A stretch of 64,000 nt of DNA, taken from positions 1,152,001 through 1,216,000 of the forward strand of contig OY771555.1 in the NCBI GenBank assembly GCA_963674785.1, given 5' to 3'. This DNA is from Caldisericia bacterium (GTDB lineage Bacteria > Caldisericota > Caldisericia > JAAYUI01). The position numbers and the translations under genes were made by a program. Positions 29,090 through 38,699 of the stretch are shown here, piece by piece; the stretch's first letter is position 1, and each line of letters opens with the position of its first letter. The notes under the pieces are model-generated. The model worked only from the letters and a program-made list of their open reading frames with translations, had not been told where the DNA came from and searched no databases.

Positions 29090-30763
29090 ATGAAGAAAAC
29101 AATGCTTGCTTTGACAGTTTTGATGGTTGCCTTGATGGCATTCACAATGATTGGTTGTGGTGGCGGAGAAGATACAAAACCAGTTGATAACGGAAACACA
29201 ACTACCAAAAATGAGACAATCACAATCAAAGGTTCAGACACAATGCTTCACATCAACACAGCACTTGCAGAGGCATACATGAACAAACATTCAGATGTTG
29301 AAGTTACAGTTGCTGGCGGTGGATCTGGTACTGGAATCTCAGCCATGATGAACGGTACAACAGACATTGCAGCTGCTTCAAGAAAAATGAAAGATTCAGA
29401 AAAAGATGCAATCATCGGAAATGGATCAGAATCAGTTGAGCACATCATCGCAAGAGATGGTATCGCAGTAGTCGTTCACCCATCAAACCCAATTTCAGAA
29501 CTTACAGTAGCTCAGATTGGTGACATCTACACAGGTAAAATTACGAATTGGAAAGAACTTGGTGGAAATGATTCTAAGATCGTTGCTCTCTCAAGAGACA
29601 ACTCATCCGGAACATATGCCTTCTTCCAGGAAAAAGTCCTTGAGAAAGCTGACTATAGAGCAGATGCCAAACTCATGGCTTCAAACTCAGCAATCATAGC
29701 AGAAGCTCGACAGAATCCAAATGCAATTGGTTATGTTGGACTCGGTTATGTTGCATCAGCAGGTGAGAAGGTAAAGGCACTTGCTGTTTCAGAAGATGGC
29801 AGTAATTACGTTGTTCCATCACAGGAAACTGTCGCATCAGGTGATTACTCGGTCGCAAGACCCCTTCACCTCTATGTTCTTAAATCGGCAGGAAGCAAAG
29901 TCACAAACTTTATCGAGTTCTGCTTCTCAGATGAAGGACAGAGAATTGTTGAAGAAATCGGTTTTATCCCTGTGGGTTCAGCAAAATCAGCTGGTGGACT
30001 TATCACAATCAAAGGTTCAGACACAATGCTTCACATCAACACAGCACTTGCAGAGGCATACATGAACAGATACCCTAACGTTGAAGTTACAGTTGCTGGC
30101 GGTGGATCTGGTACTGGAATCTCAGCCATGATGAACGGTACAACAGACATTGCAGCTGCTTCAAGAAAAATGAAAGATTCAGAAAAAGATGCAATCATCG
30201 GAAATGGATCAGAATCAGTTGAGCACATCATCGCAAGAGATGGTATCGCAGTAGTCGTTCACCCATCAAACCCAATTTCAGAACTTACAGTAGCTCAGAT
30301 TGGTGACATCTACACAGGTAAAATTACGAATTGGAAAGAACTTGGCGGAAATGATTCGAAGATCGTTGCTCTCTCAAGAGACAACTCATCAGGAACATAT
30401 GCCTTCTTCCAGGAGAAAGTTCTTGAGAAAGCTGACTATAGAGCAGATGCAAAACTCATGGCTTCAAACTCAGCAATCATCGCAGAAACTGGACAGAATC
30501 CAAACGCAATTGGTTACGTTGGACTCGGTTATGTTGCATCAGCAGGTGAGAAGGTAAAGGCACTTGCTGTTTCAGAAGATGGCAGTAATTACGTTGTTCC
30601 ATCACAGGAAACAGTAGCATCAGGTGATTACTCGGTCGCAAGACCCCTTCACCTCTATGTTCTTAAATCCGCAGGAAGCAATATAGTCGATTTTATTGAT
30701 TTCTGTTTCTCATCTGCGGGACAGAAAATTGTTGAGGAGATTGGTTTTATACCAGTAAAGTAG
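29090..30763 (+). CDS. pstS: Phosphate ABC transporter substrate-binding lipoprotein with two tandem PstS units
   Basis: Lipobox IGC; GSDT, GGGSGTG, SRDNSSGT, RPL motifs each present twice. Confidence 0.95.
   Translation: MKKTMLALTVLMVALMAFTMIGCGGGEDTKPVDNGNTTTKNETITIKGSDTMLHINTALAEAYMNKHSDVEVTVAGGGSGTGISAMMNGTTDIAAASRKMKDSEKDAIIGNGSESVEHIIARDGIAVVVHPSNPISELTVAQIGDIYTGKITNWKELGGNDSKIVALSRDNSSGTYAFFQEKVLEKADYRADAKLMASNSAIIAEARQNPNAIGYVGLGYVASAGEKVKALAVSEDGSNYVVPSQETVASGDYSVARPLHLYVLKSAGSKVTNFIEFCFSDEGQRIVEEIGFIPVGSAKSAGGLITIKGSDTMLHINTALAEAYMNRYPNVEVTVAGGGSGTGISAMMNGTTDIAAASRKMKDSEKDAIIGNGSESVEHIIARDGIAVVVHPSNPISELTVAQIGDIYTGKITNWKELGGNDSKIVALSRDNSSGTYAFFQEKVLEKADYRADAKLMASNSAIIAETGQNPNAIGYVGLGYVASAGEKVKALAVSEDGSNYVVPSQETVASGDYSVARPLHLYVLKSAGSNIVDFIDFCFSSAGQKIVEEIGFIPVK
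29219..30757 (+). repeat. Near-identical 783-bp-period tandem duplication inside pstS
   Basis: 29219 and 30002 both begin ATCACAATCAAAGGTTCAGACACAATGCTTCAC and match over most of their length. Confidence 0.95.
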
Positions 30764-30772
30764 TGAACAAAC

Positions 30773-31756
30773 ATGTCAGTTACCTCCCAGAAAAACATCA
30801 AAACTGAATCCAAAAAAGGAGGGTTGCTAGGATTCCTGGCAGCCTTCCCTCTTTTTGGAAGATGGATTGCGAGTCTCCATAAAAGATATAGCGAAGGAAC
30901 TATAAAGTTTTTTTTCCTTCTTATGGCATCGACAAGTATTTTGGTCGTAGTCCTTATTTTTATCTTCCTTGGTAAAGAGGGCATTCCATTCTTTTGGAAG
31001 CATGACCCGGCAAATTTAATAACTACGCAGTGGGTTCCTGTAAGACCAGAGGGTATTACTCCTAGTTTTGGTATGCTCCCTCTTCTCACAGGTTCTCTAC
31101 TTGTTACTATTGTCGCAACGATCATGTGTGTACCAATAGGGGTTCTGTCTGCAGTTTATATTGCAGAGATCGCAGGTAAAATTGAAAAAGAAATCTTAAA
31201 ACCTTTCCTCGAATTGCTCGCAACTATTCCATCAGTTGTTTTTGGCTTTTTCGCTCTTGTGACAATTGTACCGTTTATTCAAAGAGTATTTGGATTGTCA
31301 ACTGGAATGACTGCATTTACTGGTTCAATAATCCTCACAATAATGGCACTCCCAACAATTATAACAATATCTGAGGATGCCATTAATTCCGTTCCAAGCT
31401 CATATAGGCAAGCATCACTTGCGCTTGGAGCAACTGAACTTCAAACAACCTGGAAGGCGATTGTCCCATCTGCGCTCTCTGGAATTGTTGCTGCTGTTAT
31501 GCTTGGAATCGGTCGTGTTATCGGTGAAACTATGGCTGTTTTGATGGTCACTGGTAACTCTCGAGCATTAACCTTCAACCCAATGGAATCTGTAAGGACA
31601 ATGACTGCAACAGTTGCTGCTGAGATGGGTGAGGTTGTTTACGGTGATGTCCACTATAATGCACTCTTCCTCGTTGGTATTGTTCTTTTGCTTTTTACAT
31701 TTGGACTTAATATGATTGCTCAGAGATACCTGAGAGTAAATGAGGTGAAGTCATAA
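30773..31756 (+). CDS. pstC: Phosphate ABC permease PstC
   Basis: ELLATIPSVVFG, ASLALGAT, GRVIGETMAV. Confidence 0.95.
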   Translation: MSVTSQKNIKTESKKGGLLGFLAAFPLFGRWIASLHKRYSEGTIKFFFLLMASTSILVVVLIFIFLGKEGIPFFWKHDPANLITTQWVPVRPEGITPSFGMLPLLTGSLLVTIVATIMCVPIGVLSAVYIAEIAGKIEKEILKPFLELLATIPSVVFGFFALVTIVPFIQRVFGLSTGMTAFTGSIILTIMALPTIITISEDAINSVPSSYRQASLALGATELQTTWKAIVPSALSGIVAAVMLGIGRVIGETMAVLMVTGNSRALTFNPMESVRTMTATVAAEMGEVVYGDVHYNALFLVGIVLLLFTFGLNMIAQRYLRVNEVKS

Positions 31757-32601
31757 TGCGAAGGGGTAGAGAAGAATTAGTCAAATGGATTCTCAGAATT
31801 GTGACTTACTCAATTGTTGCCATAACACTTTATCTTGTAATAGATATTATTATTGGTGGTGCGGGGACAATAAGCTGGGAGTTTTTAACGGCCACTCCAT
31901 CAAAAGCAGGTGTTGAAGGTGGAATTGGACCCGTTATTCTCGGTACATTTTATCTTATTTCCGCAACAATCATGATAGCAGTTCCACTCGGGATTGCATC
32001 TGCGATATATCTTGCCGAGTATGCAAAACCATCCAGGTTTACAAGATTGATAAGGCTTGCGATTATTACACTTGCTGGTGTACCATCAATTGTTTTTGGT
32101 TTGTTTGGACTTGGTCTTTTTGTACTTGTTTTTGGTTTTGGAACCTCTGTTATTGCGGGATCTCTGACGCTTGCATGTCTGATTATGCCGACAATTATTG
32201 TTGCATCAGAAGAGGCAATTAAGGCTGTTCCACAGTCATTCAGACAGGGATCACTTGCACTTGGTGCAACAAAGTGGCAGATGATAAAATCTCAGGTACT
32301 TCCATATTCAATACCAGGTATGATGACTGGTTCAATTCTTGGAATTGGAAGAGCAGCCGGTGAGACCGCACCGATCATGTTTACTGCAGCGGTTTTTTAT
32401 TCGAGGTCGATTCCTACGATTACAAAACCTGTAATGGCTTTGCCTTTCCATCTTTTTACACTCTCTACGCAGGTTCCAGATTTTGAAAAAGTTAGACCAA
32501 TGCAGTATGGTACAGCATTAGTTTTGGTTTTTCTTGTGTTAATTTTTGCATCGATCGCAATTCTTGTCAGGTCTTATTACAGGAGTAGGTATAAATGGTA
32601 A
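31756..32601 (+). CDS. pstA: Phosphate ABC permease PstA
   Basis: [22 protein letters not shown]. Confidence 0.95.
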   Translation: MRRGREELVKWILRIVTYSIVAITLYLVIDIIIGGAGTISWEFLTATPSKAGVEGGIGPVILGTFYLISATIMIAVPLGIASAIYLAEYAKPSRFTRLIRLAIITLAGVPSIVFGLFGLGLFVLVFGFGTSVIAGSLTLACLIMPTIIVASEEAIKAVPQSFRQGSLALGATKWQMIKSQVLPYSIPGMMTGSILGIGRAAGETAPIMFTAAVFYSRSIPTITKPVMALPFHLFTLSTQVPDFEKVRPMQYGTALVLVFLVLIFASIAILVRSYYRSRYKW

Positions 32602-33359
32602 ACGAAGAAGCTATTGTCAATATCGAAAAGCTGAATTTCTTTTATGGGAATCACCAGGCACTTATTGACATCAATATGAAAATCCCAAAAAGAAAAGTGA
32701 CCGCTCTGATTGGTCCTTCTGGTTGTGGAAAGTCAACATTTCTTAGAACTCTCAATAGAATGAATGATATTATTGATGATACAAGAGTCGAAGGTCTTGT
32801 AAAAATTGAAGGTAAAGACATCTACGAGAGACATACTGATGTCGTAGCAATCAGAAAAAAAGTAGGAATGGTCTTTCAAAAACCAAATCCTTTCCCAAAA
32901 TCTGTCTTTGATAACATTGCATATGGCCCGAGAATTCATGGCGTAAAAAGTCGCCAGAAGCTGACTGAGATTGTCGAGAAAAGTTTGAAGATGGCAGCTC
33001 TTTGGGACGAGGTCAAATATAATCTCAACAAACGCGGAACCGACCTTTCAGGTGGACAGCAGCAGAGACTTTGTATTGCACGAACGCTTGCTATTGACCC
33101 AGAGATTGTTCTTATGGATGAGCCAACATCTGCACTTGACCCACAGGCGACATCAAAAATTGAGGCACTTATCACTCAATTATCAACCAAGTATACGATT
33201 GTAATAGTTACTCATAATATGCAACAGGCTGCAAGAATATCCGACTACACTGCATTTTTCTACAAAGGTAAGCTAATCGAGTTTGATAAAACAAAACAGA
33301 TATTTACAGTGCCAAAAGAAAAAAAGACCGAGGAATACCTAACTGGAAAATTCAGTTAA
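32595..33359 (+). CDS. pstB: Phosphate ABC ATPase PstB
   Basis: [37 protein letters not shown]. Confidence 0.97.
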   Translation: MVNEEAIVNIEKLNFFYGNHQALIDINMKIPKRKVTALIGPSGCGKSTFLRTLNRMNDIIDDTRVEGLVKIEGKDIYERHTDVVAIRKKVGMVFQKPNPFPKSVFDNIAYGPRIHGVKSRQKLTEIVEKSLKMAALWDEVKYNLNKRGTDLSGGQQQRLCIARTLAIDPEIVLMDEPTSALDPQATSKIEALITQLSTKYTIVIVTHNMQQAARISDYTAFFYKGKLIEFDKTKQIFTVPKEKKTEEYLTGKFS

Positions 33360-33372
33360 GGGAGGGGTAATT

Positions 33373-34023
33373 ATGACAATGCACATAAGAAAAGCAATGG
33401 ATGATCTCCAAAAAATGTTTTTGGAGCTTGCAACAATCGTTGAAGAAAGCGTTCCAAGAGCTATAAAAGCTATTCAGAAACGTGATAAAGTCTTAGCTGA
33501 TATTATCAGGAAAGAAGACAATAAGATTGATAAACTTGAAGTTGAACTTGAGGAAGAATGCTTGAAGATAATGGCACTTTACCAGCCTGTAGCTGTTGAT
33601 TTGAGGGTTCTTGTTGCAGTTTTGAAGATTAACAACGATATGGAAAGAATTGCTGACCTTGCATCAAATATTGCCAAGGCAGGCTCAGCAATCTCACCCG
33701 AATTTAAGATTCCATTTGATTATGTTTCAATGAGCTCCAAAGTGGAAGATATGTTAAGACTATCTTTAAATGCCATTGTTGAACTAGATCCTTTCCAGGC
33801 AAGAAAGGTTTGTTCACTTGATGATGAGGTTGATACTTTGAAAGATAATGTTTTAAGCTTGATTTCTGAAGAACTGTCGAAAACTAATTCGAATATCAAC
33901 GATCTGCTCTTCTCGCTAAATATCGCAAGACACCTTGAGCGAATCGCTGATCTTGCGACAAATATTGCTGAAGAGGTTGTCTACATTGCTGAAGGAAAGA
34001 TCATCAGACACGGATTAGAATAA
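33373..34023 (+). CDS. phoU: Phosphate signalling protein PhoU
   Basis: QPVAVDLR, ERIAD twice, DDEVD. Confidence 0.95.
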   Translation: MTMHIRKAMDDLQKMFLELATIVEESVPRAIKAIQKRDKVLADIIRKEDNKIDKLEVELEEECLKIMALYQPVAVDLRVLVAVLKINNDMERIADLASNIAKAGSAISPEFKIPFDYVSMSSKVEDMLRLSLNAIVELDPFQARKVCSLDDEVDTLKDNVLSLISEELSKTNSNINDLLFSLNIARHLERIADLATNIAEEVVYIAEGKIIRHGLE

Positions 34024-34089
34024 TATCATAGCGTACAATCTTATTTATTTTGTTTGTTTAATTTTTTAATATTATGAATTTTATTTACA

Positions 34090-34140
34090 AATAATGCTTG
34101 GTTGTCTTTACTACACCCGTCAAGATGATCAAGCATTATT
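34090..34140 (+). terminator. Long hairpin after phoU (terminator or stability element)
   Basis: AATAATGCTTGGTTGTCTT / AAGATGATCAAGCATTATT, 19-bp stem with G-U pairs. Confidence 0.5.
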
Positions 34141-34210
34141 GCTCATATATAGCCAAGAGAATCCATATTTAATCAAATATCAATCTGTTAGTTAATATTT
34201 GAAAACTGAT

Positions 34211-34238
34211 TTGACAATTTAGGAATATTTACTAAAAT
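34211..34238 (+). promoter_or_regulatory. Sigma70-type promoter of DUF4388 gene (leaderless)
   Basis: TTGACA-16-TAAAAT, ATG 6 nt downstream. Confidence 0.7.
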
Positions 34239-34244
34239 AATCTT

Positions 34245-34775
34245 ATGGGTGTAGAAATTGGAAAGTTGTCTGATATTGGCTTGAGCGTCTTGTTAGATAA
34301 GCTTTCTCGTACAGGCAAGACAGGGTTTTTAAAACTCTATAAGGACGATGAATGCGCCTCTATAGAGGTCTATAAGGGTTGTGTTGTCGATTGTCTTTTT
34401 TACAATAGTGTTGGACCAAACGCTTTGATCGCAGCGATTGTTTATCAGTTTGATATGTATTCTTTCATTTGCGATGATCGGATTTCTCTAAAACCGCCCA
34501 TTGCCAGAAATATTGAATCTCTTTTTATTAAGGCATATCTATTAATCGATGAAATCTCACATCTTAAGAAGTATAATGGTCTGGTTATTGCAAAATCAAA
34601 TGGATACATCCCTCTTAATAATTTTGAGAAAAAAGTTTGTAACTTTATTGAAAAACCTGTTCCTTTTGATGAGGCAGTCGATACTTTTATTTTGGATATT
34701 TATATGTTTGTTGAATTTATAAAAAAACTGAATGCCTCTAAAGATGTTTTGTGGTTGAACAAAAAAAGTCATTGA
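34245..34775 (+). CDS. DUF4388 (PATAN-like) domain protein
   Basis: GKLSDIGLSVLLDKLSRTGKTGFL...IEVYKGCVVDC...GPNAL...LLIDE matches the DUF4388 pattern. Confidence 0.7.
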   Translation: MGVEIGKLSDIGLSVLLDKLSRTGKTGFLKLYKDDECASIEVYKGCVVDCLFYNSVGPNALIAAIVYQFDMYSFICDDRISLKPPIARNIESLFIKAYLLIDEISHLKKYNGLVIAKSNGYIPLNNFEKKVCNFIEKPVPFDEAVDTFILDIYMFVEFIKKLNASKDVLWLNKKSH

Positions 34776-34838
34776 ATTGACATGCAAATGTACTAAAAAA
34801 ACAGAATTAGACTATGAAGGACTGAAAGGAGACACTTT

Positions 34839-35288
34839 ATGGTTGATAAAATCGATAAGAGAGCCGTGAATGCTATTTTGTATGGAGTAAGTGCTTCTGT
34901 CCGAAAATTATTTGGTGCCGGAGCCGATGCTGTTATGAGGATTGCAGGTCCAATGGTACTGGAGGAATTCGAAAAACAGGGAATCAAATTCGAAGGTAAA
35001 ACATCTTCAGAAATCTCAGATGAGTTAAAAAAAGCGATGCTTGAAAGTGGCATGTGTGATGAGATCAGTATTGAGGAAACAGACACACATTATAACGTTA
35101 ATATAAAAGGATGCTCCTTCTGGGAAACAACCATGTCCCTAAGAGAATTAGGAATCAGTCCTTTCGCATGCCCATTTGCAAATCTCGCAATGACATTGCT
35201 CGAAAAAAACACCGGTCAGGTGACAACGATTGAAAAGATCGAACCTGCTGGTGATGCTGCCTCACTTGTTTCTTTGAAGAAAGTATAA
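34839..35288 (+). CDS. V4R / H-NOX-superfamily small-ligand-binding protein
   Basis: Helical N-terminus (GADAVMRIAG), then IKGCSF...ACPF Cys pattern; AAGGAG RBS. Confidence 0.6.
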   Translation: MVDKIDKRAVNAILYGVSASVRKLFGAGADAVMRIAGPMVLEEFEKQGIKFEGKTSSEISDELKKAMLESGMCDEISIEETDTHYNVNIKGCSFWETTMSLRELGISPFACPFANLAMTLLEKNTGQVTTIEKIEPAGDAASLVSLKKV

Positions 35289-35302
35289 AGGAGTGCATAA
35301 AG

Positions 35303-35653
35303 ATGATAGGTGATTTTTTAAAGAAAGTTGTCAATGTTGAGGGTATCCAAGGTTGCCTTGTCGTTTCAAGAGATGGATTGATCCTTGATAATGTAGGTCA
35401 GATCGATGCAAGTTTAACTTCAATGGCTGCAATCTCTGCAACTGCACTTGGTTCTGCAGAGGTGATGGGTGAGACAATGAAGTTTGGAACCCTGCAGCAG
35501 CAGGTTCTAGAGTTTGATGATGGGAAAGCCGTTGTTCAACAGATAAGCTCAGATCTTCTTCTGCTTGTTGTTGCAACTCACAAAGCCAACCTAGGGATGA
35601 TCAGACACACAATCAATAACACTATTGACGATCTGAGAAAATCTTTGACTTAA
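35303..35653 (+). CDS. Roadblock/LC7 (MglB-like) protein
   Basis: GIQGCLVVSRDGLIL, AAISA, EFDDG, ANLGMIR. Confidence 0.9.
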   Translation: MIGDFLKKVVNVEGIQGCLVVSRDGLILDNVGQIDASLTSMAAISATALGSAEVMGETMKFGTLQQQVLEFDDGKAVVQQISSDLLLLVVATHKANLGMIRHTINNTIDDLRKSLT

Positions 35654-35687
35654 TAAAAAATAGGCATCCTTTTTTGAGGATGCCTAT
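35654..35687 (-). terminator. Terminator between convergent units (U-tract on minus strand)
   Basis: ATAGGCATCCT-loop-AGGATGCCTAT preceded on + by TAAAAAA. Confidence 0.8.
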
Positions 35688-35800
35688 GGTCGGTTCCTAG
35701 TTTTACCTATTAAAATACCAACTGAAACGATTGCCGAGATTATGAATATCCCGGCAATCGCAAGTCTGATGATGTCAATCCAGCTTAAGTGGGAAATCAT
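35684..35800 (-). CDS. Unannotated 38-aa single-TM peptide
   Basis: MISHLSWIDIIRLAIAGIFIISAIVSVGILIGKTRNRP*; ATG 1 nt after stop of upstream gene; stop lies in terminator arm. Confidence 0.6.
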   Translation of the reverse strand: MISHLSWIDIIRLAIAGIFIISAIVSVGILIGKTRNRP

Positions 35801-35801
35801 T

Positions 35802-38549
35802 TTATCTTACTGTAAATGTTACCTGTGGAATCGAATAATTAAGGTTACCTCTTACATCTCTTGCCCAGAGTCTAAAGGTATGTTTTCCTTCAGGAAGGTC
35901 TTCAAGAACAGTTTTTGTTCCAGTTTTGAAAGATGTTCTGGGTTGCCCATCAATTGACCAGCTGTACTCAATATCCTTGTAGAAGGCAGAATCATCTCTT
36001 CCTTCCCATTCAATTTCAATTTCTTCACCATAGAAATAGCTTGATTTAAGTTCTGAAACTGTTACAACAGGTGCTTCAAGTTCTCCTCTGAAATCGTTGA
36101 TAATATGTCTTTGCATTACAATCTTGTCATCTGTGGAGTCAATGATTAAATGGTCATCTGCAAACTCTTCACCTCTGAGTAGATCGATTTCAATTTCGAA
36201 CTCACCCTCAGGAACATATATTCTTGTCGCAGGTTCATTAAAGACGATTGGATTCTTGATGTTGTAGGTAATATAGAATTCAGTGTTTGACTCTCCTTTG
36301 AATACAACCTTGTTTCCAGTTGTTTCAATTTTATTTGTAGTGAAGTCAAAAAGATCAACGATGAGTGGTTCAGGTGCAGTCCAGTATTCTTTACCTTTTT
36401 TGTGGACATAACCTCTCATTACGCCACCGGTCTCGGGTGACTGATAGTAGAAATCTTCAATCAATTCTATTGATTTAAATTTCCCGTCAGAATAGAAAAA
36501 CTCATCTTGAATGATTCCTCTCCATGGATTCATTGGATTTGGGAAGCAAACTGTACCCTCAGGAAGATCTGCCCCAGGGAACATTGGCCCCGTTGTTCGT
36601 GTCCAGTTTGTAGACCAGAATGGTACTCCTGGCATAATTCTGTCATATGCAAGAAGAGCGTTGCATCCAGTGCAGCCAACCATAATAAGATTCATGTCTA
36701 CGAGTTCACCTTGGTCAATGTCGGAATCAAGCACAATTGGCACCTCGACATTGAATTTGTCTTTGATCATCTCCTGGATAAATACTGCTCTTCCGTGAGC
36801 CTTTTTTGATCTATCCTCATTACCCTGCCAGGTTCCCTCAACAATTGTGAAATCATCAAGGTAATAGAAGTTTTTAAGTGATCCCTCAAGAAGGGTGTTG
36901 ACCTTCGAAAACTCTGTAAGCATGTAGCCTTCTGGGTTATGTATTCTTGCACCGATTGGTTCGATTTCTGATTCAAATATTTTTTCAAGCTCGAGATCAT
37001 TTGCCGCCCATTCGATCTTTTGGATGCTCTTATCAGCCATTATTACATCGATTGTAAATGGCATTCTCATTGCGCCTGTTGCCTCGAGTCTGATTTTGTA
37101 TCTGTAAGGGTCTTGACCGGGAAGTTTTGTGAAGTCAATTTCATACGTGAGTCTTCCAGCTTGTAGAAGCCACTGCTCGAAGAACCATGAAAGGTTTTTT
37201 CCAGCAGCCTTGCTCATCTCTGCTTCAAAGTCTTCAATTGTTGCAAATTTTCCAGAGAACCTGGAGGCATAGTTTTTGAGTCCTTTGAAAAACGCTGCAT
37301 CTCCAATCACCTGTCTGAGCATATGATGAACGATGAGACCTTTTCCTCTGAAGTAGACATCAAGAAGAGTCTTTTCGGCAACTGAAACGAGTGGAACTTC
37401 ATCCTCAACTTCAATTTCTGTAAAGTATTTGTCCCTTGCATCACCAAGCATCTCGAGAAGCTTCTTTTCACCTTCGAGGTCAACCATATAGAGAAGTCCT
37501 GAGTATGCTGAAAGTGATGTGGAAAGGAACTCTGATTCTGGTCCGATACCGTAAACTGCTCCACCCCACCAAGATGATGCTACTTTTTCTGCGAGATATT
37601 CTGGATCAGTGTACCCAACACTGTCATCGTCGTCATCTTTTTCTTCAAGAGATTCGCTCTCAGTTTTCAAAACTGAACTTGGGATGAACATTTGAGCTCT
37701 GTCTGCTACAAGGGCGACAAATTTATCTGGCATCTGGATTACAGAATATTCGAGTGGTGCGGGTGTGCCGAATTTATCTTCGAAATACTTAAGAGCACCA
37801 AAGATTTCTGTAGTGAATATGTCTCCGATTTCAAAGTAATCTTTTTCTCCATAGAACACAACTTTTGAAACCACATTCGATGGGTCTTCTGTAATCTTTT
37901 TCTGATATGGGCCTGCAACAATATGGTAGAAGAAGGCAGGATCTCTTGTTTCAATTTTAACGGTTTTTATCGATTTGTCTCCGCTGAGTGTCTCAGATGA
38001 AATATCGCTTGAACATACAATCCAGTCTCCTGGAAGCATTAGTTCAGCTTTGACTGTAACAATCTCTGAGAATCCATTTGCGATTGTGTGAAGAGTGACA
38101 GGATACCACCATTGGTAGAGGTAAACCCCATCATCATTTACATAATTCCACTGTCTGCCTGGGTAATCACGACCCTTCAAGTGTGTTGTGTAATGAAAAA
38201 CGAACTTTTCCTTCGAGCCCTTTTTCATTGCGGAGTTGATTGTTATCACATCAACATCTTGCTCATAGCTTTGCACACCCTCGATATTTTTGAGATTCCA
38301 GATGGGATCCATGTAGAAATTTAAAAATTCTATATCTCTTGAAGCTTCTACAGTTACTTCACATTCGATTGTATAAGTTCTTTCGGTGATGTTTGGTTTT
38401 ACAACGATATTGTATTCAGTAATCGAATAATTGGCTTTTACGGGATATGTCAAACCTGTTGTTTTTGGCATGGCTGGAATTAGAGTGAAAACTAATCCAA
38501 CAACAAGCGTGAGTAAAAGAAATGGCTTGAATCTGCTTATTCTTCTCAT
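35802..38549 (-). CDS. Secreted M1 aminopeptidase-like protein with degenerate zinc site and C-terminal Ig/Y_Y_Y-like domain
   Basis: M1 landmarks (YFRGKGLIVHHMLRQVIGDAAFF, LSWFFEQWL) but AEKVASSWWG in place of HExxHxWWG. Confidence 0.8.
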   Translation of the reverse strand: MRRISRFKPFLLLTLVVGLVFTLIPAMPKTTGLTYPVKANYSITEYNIVVKPNITERTYTIECEVTVEASRDIEFLNFYMDPIWNLKNIEGVQSYEQDVDVITINSAMKKGSKEKFVFHYTTHLKGRDYPGRQWNYVNDDGVYLYQWWYPVTLHTIANGFSEIVTVKAELMLPGDWIVCSSDISSETLSGDKSIKTVKIETRDPAFFYHIVAGPYQKKITEDPSNVVSKVVFYGEKDYFEIGDIFTTEIFGALKYFEDKFGTPAPLEYSVIQMPDKFVALVADRAQMFIPSSVLKTESESLEEKDDDDDSVGYTDPEYLAEKVASSWWGGAVYGIGPESEFLSTSLSAYSGLLYMVDLEGEKKLLEMLGDARDKYFTEIEVEDEVPLVSVAEKTLLDVYFRGKGLIVHHMLRQVIGDAAFFKGLKNYASRFSGKFATIEDFEAEMSKAAGKNLSWFFEQWLLQAGRLTYEIDFTKLPGQDPYRYKIRLEATGAMRMPFTIDVIMADKSIQKIEWAANDLELEKIFESEIEPIGARIHNPEGYMLTEFSKVNTLLEGSLKNFYYLDDFTIVEGTWQGNEDRSKKAHGRAVFIQEMIKDKFNVEVPIVLDSDIDQGELVDMNLIMVGCTGCNALLAYDRIMPGVPFWSTNWTRTTGPMFPGADLPEGTVCFPNPMNPWRGIIQDEFFYSDGKFKSIELIEDFYYQSPETGGVMRGYVHKKGKEYWTAPEPLIVDLFDFTTNKIETTGNKVVFKGESNTEFYITYNIKNPIVFNEPATRIYVPEGEFEIEIDLLRGEEFADDHLIIDSTDDKIVMQRHIINDFRGELEAPVVTVSELKSSYFYGEEIEIEWEGRDDSAFYKDIEYSWSIDGQPRTSFKTGTKTVLEDLPEGKHTFRLWARDVRGNLNYSIPQVTFTVR

Positions 38550-38588
38550 TTAAGGGATACCTTTCATATGTCAAGTGTACTCAAGAAA

Positions 38589-38616
38589 ATTATAGGCTTT
38601 AGAGGGTGTGAGTCAA
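38589..38616 (-). promoter_or_regulatory. Sigma70-type promoter of the M1-like gene
   Basis: TTGACT-16-TATAAT on minus strand. Confidence 0.75.
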
Positions 38617-38699
38617 TATAAATCTAAGTTTTAAAACATCAGCAATATAAGAGCACAGAATGTCAAGAATTACTTTCATTTTTTGTTACAATAGCTTTC

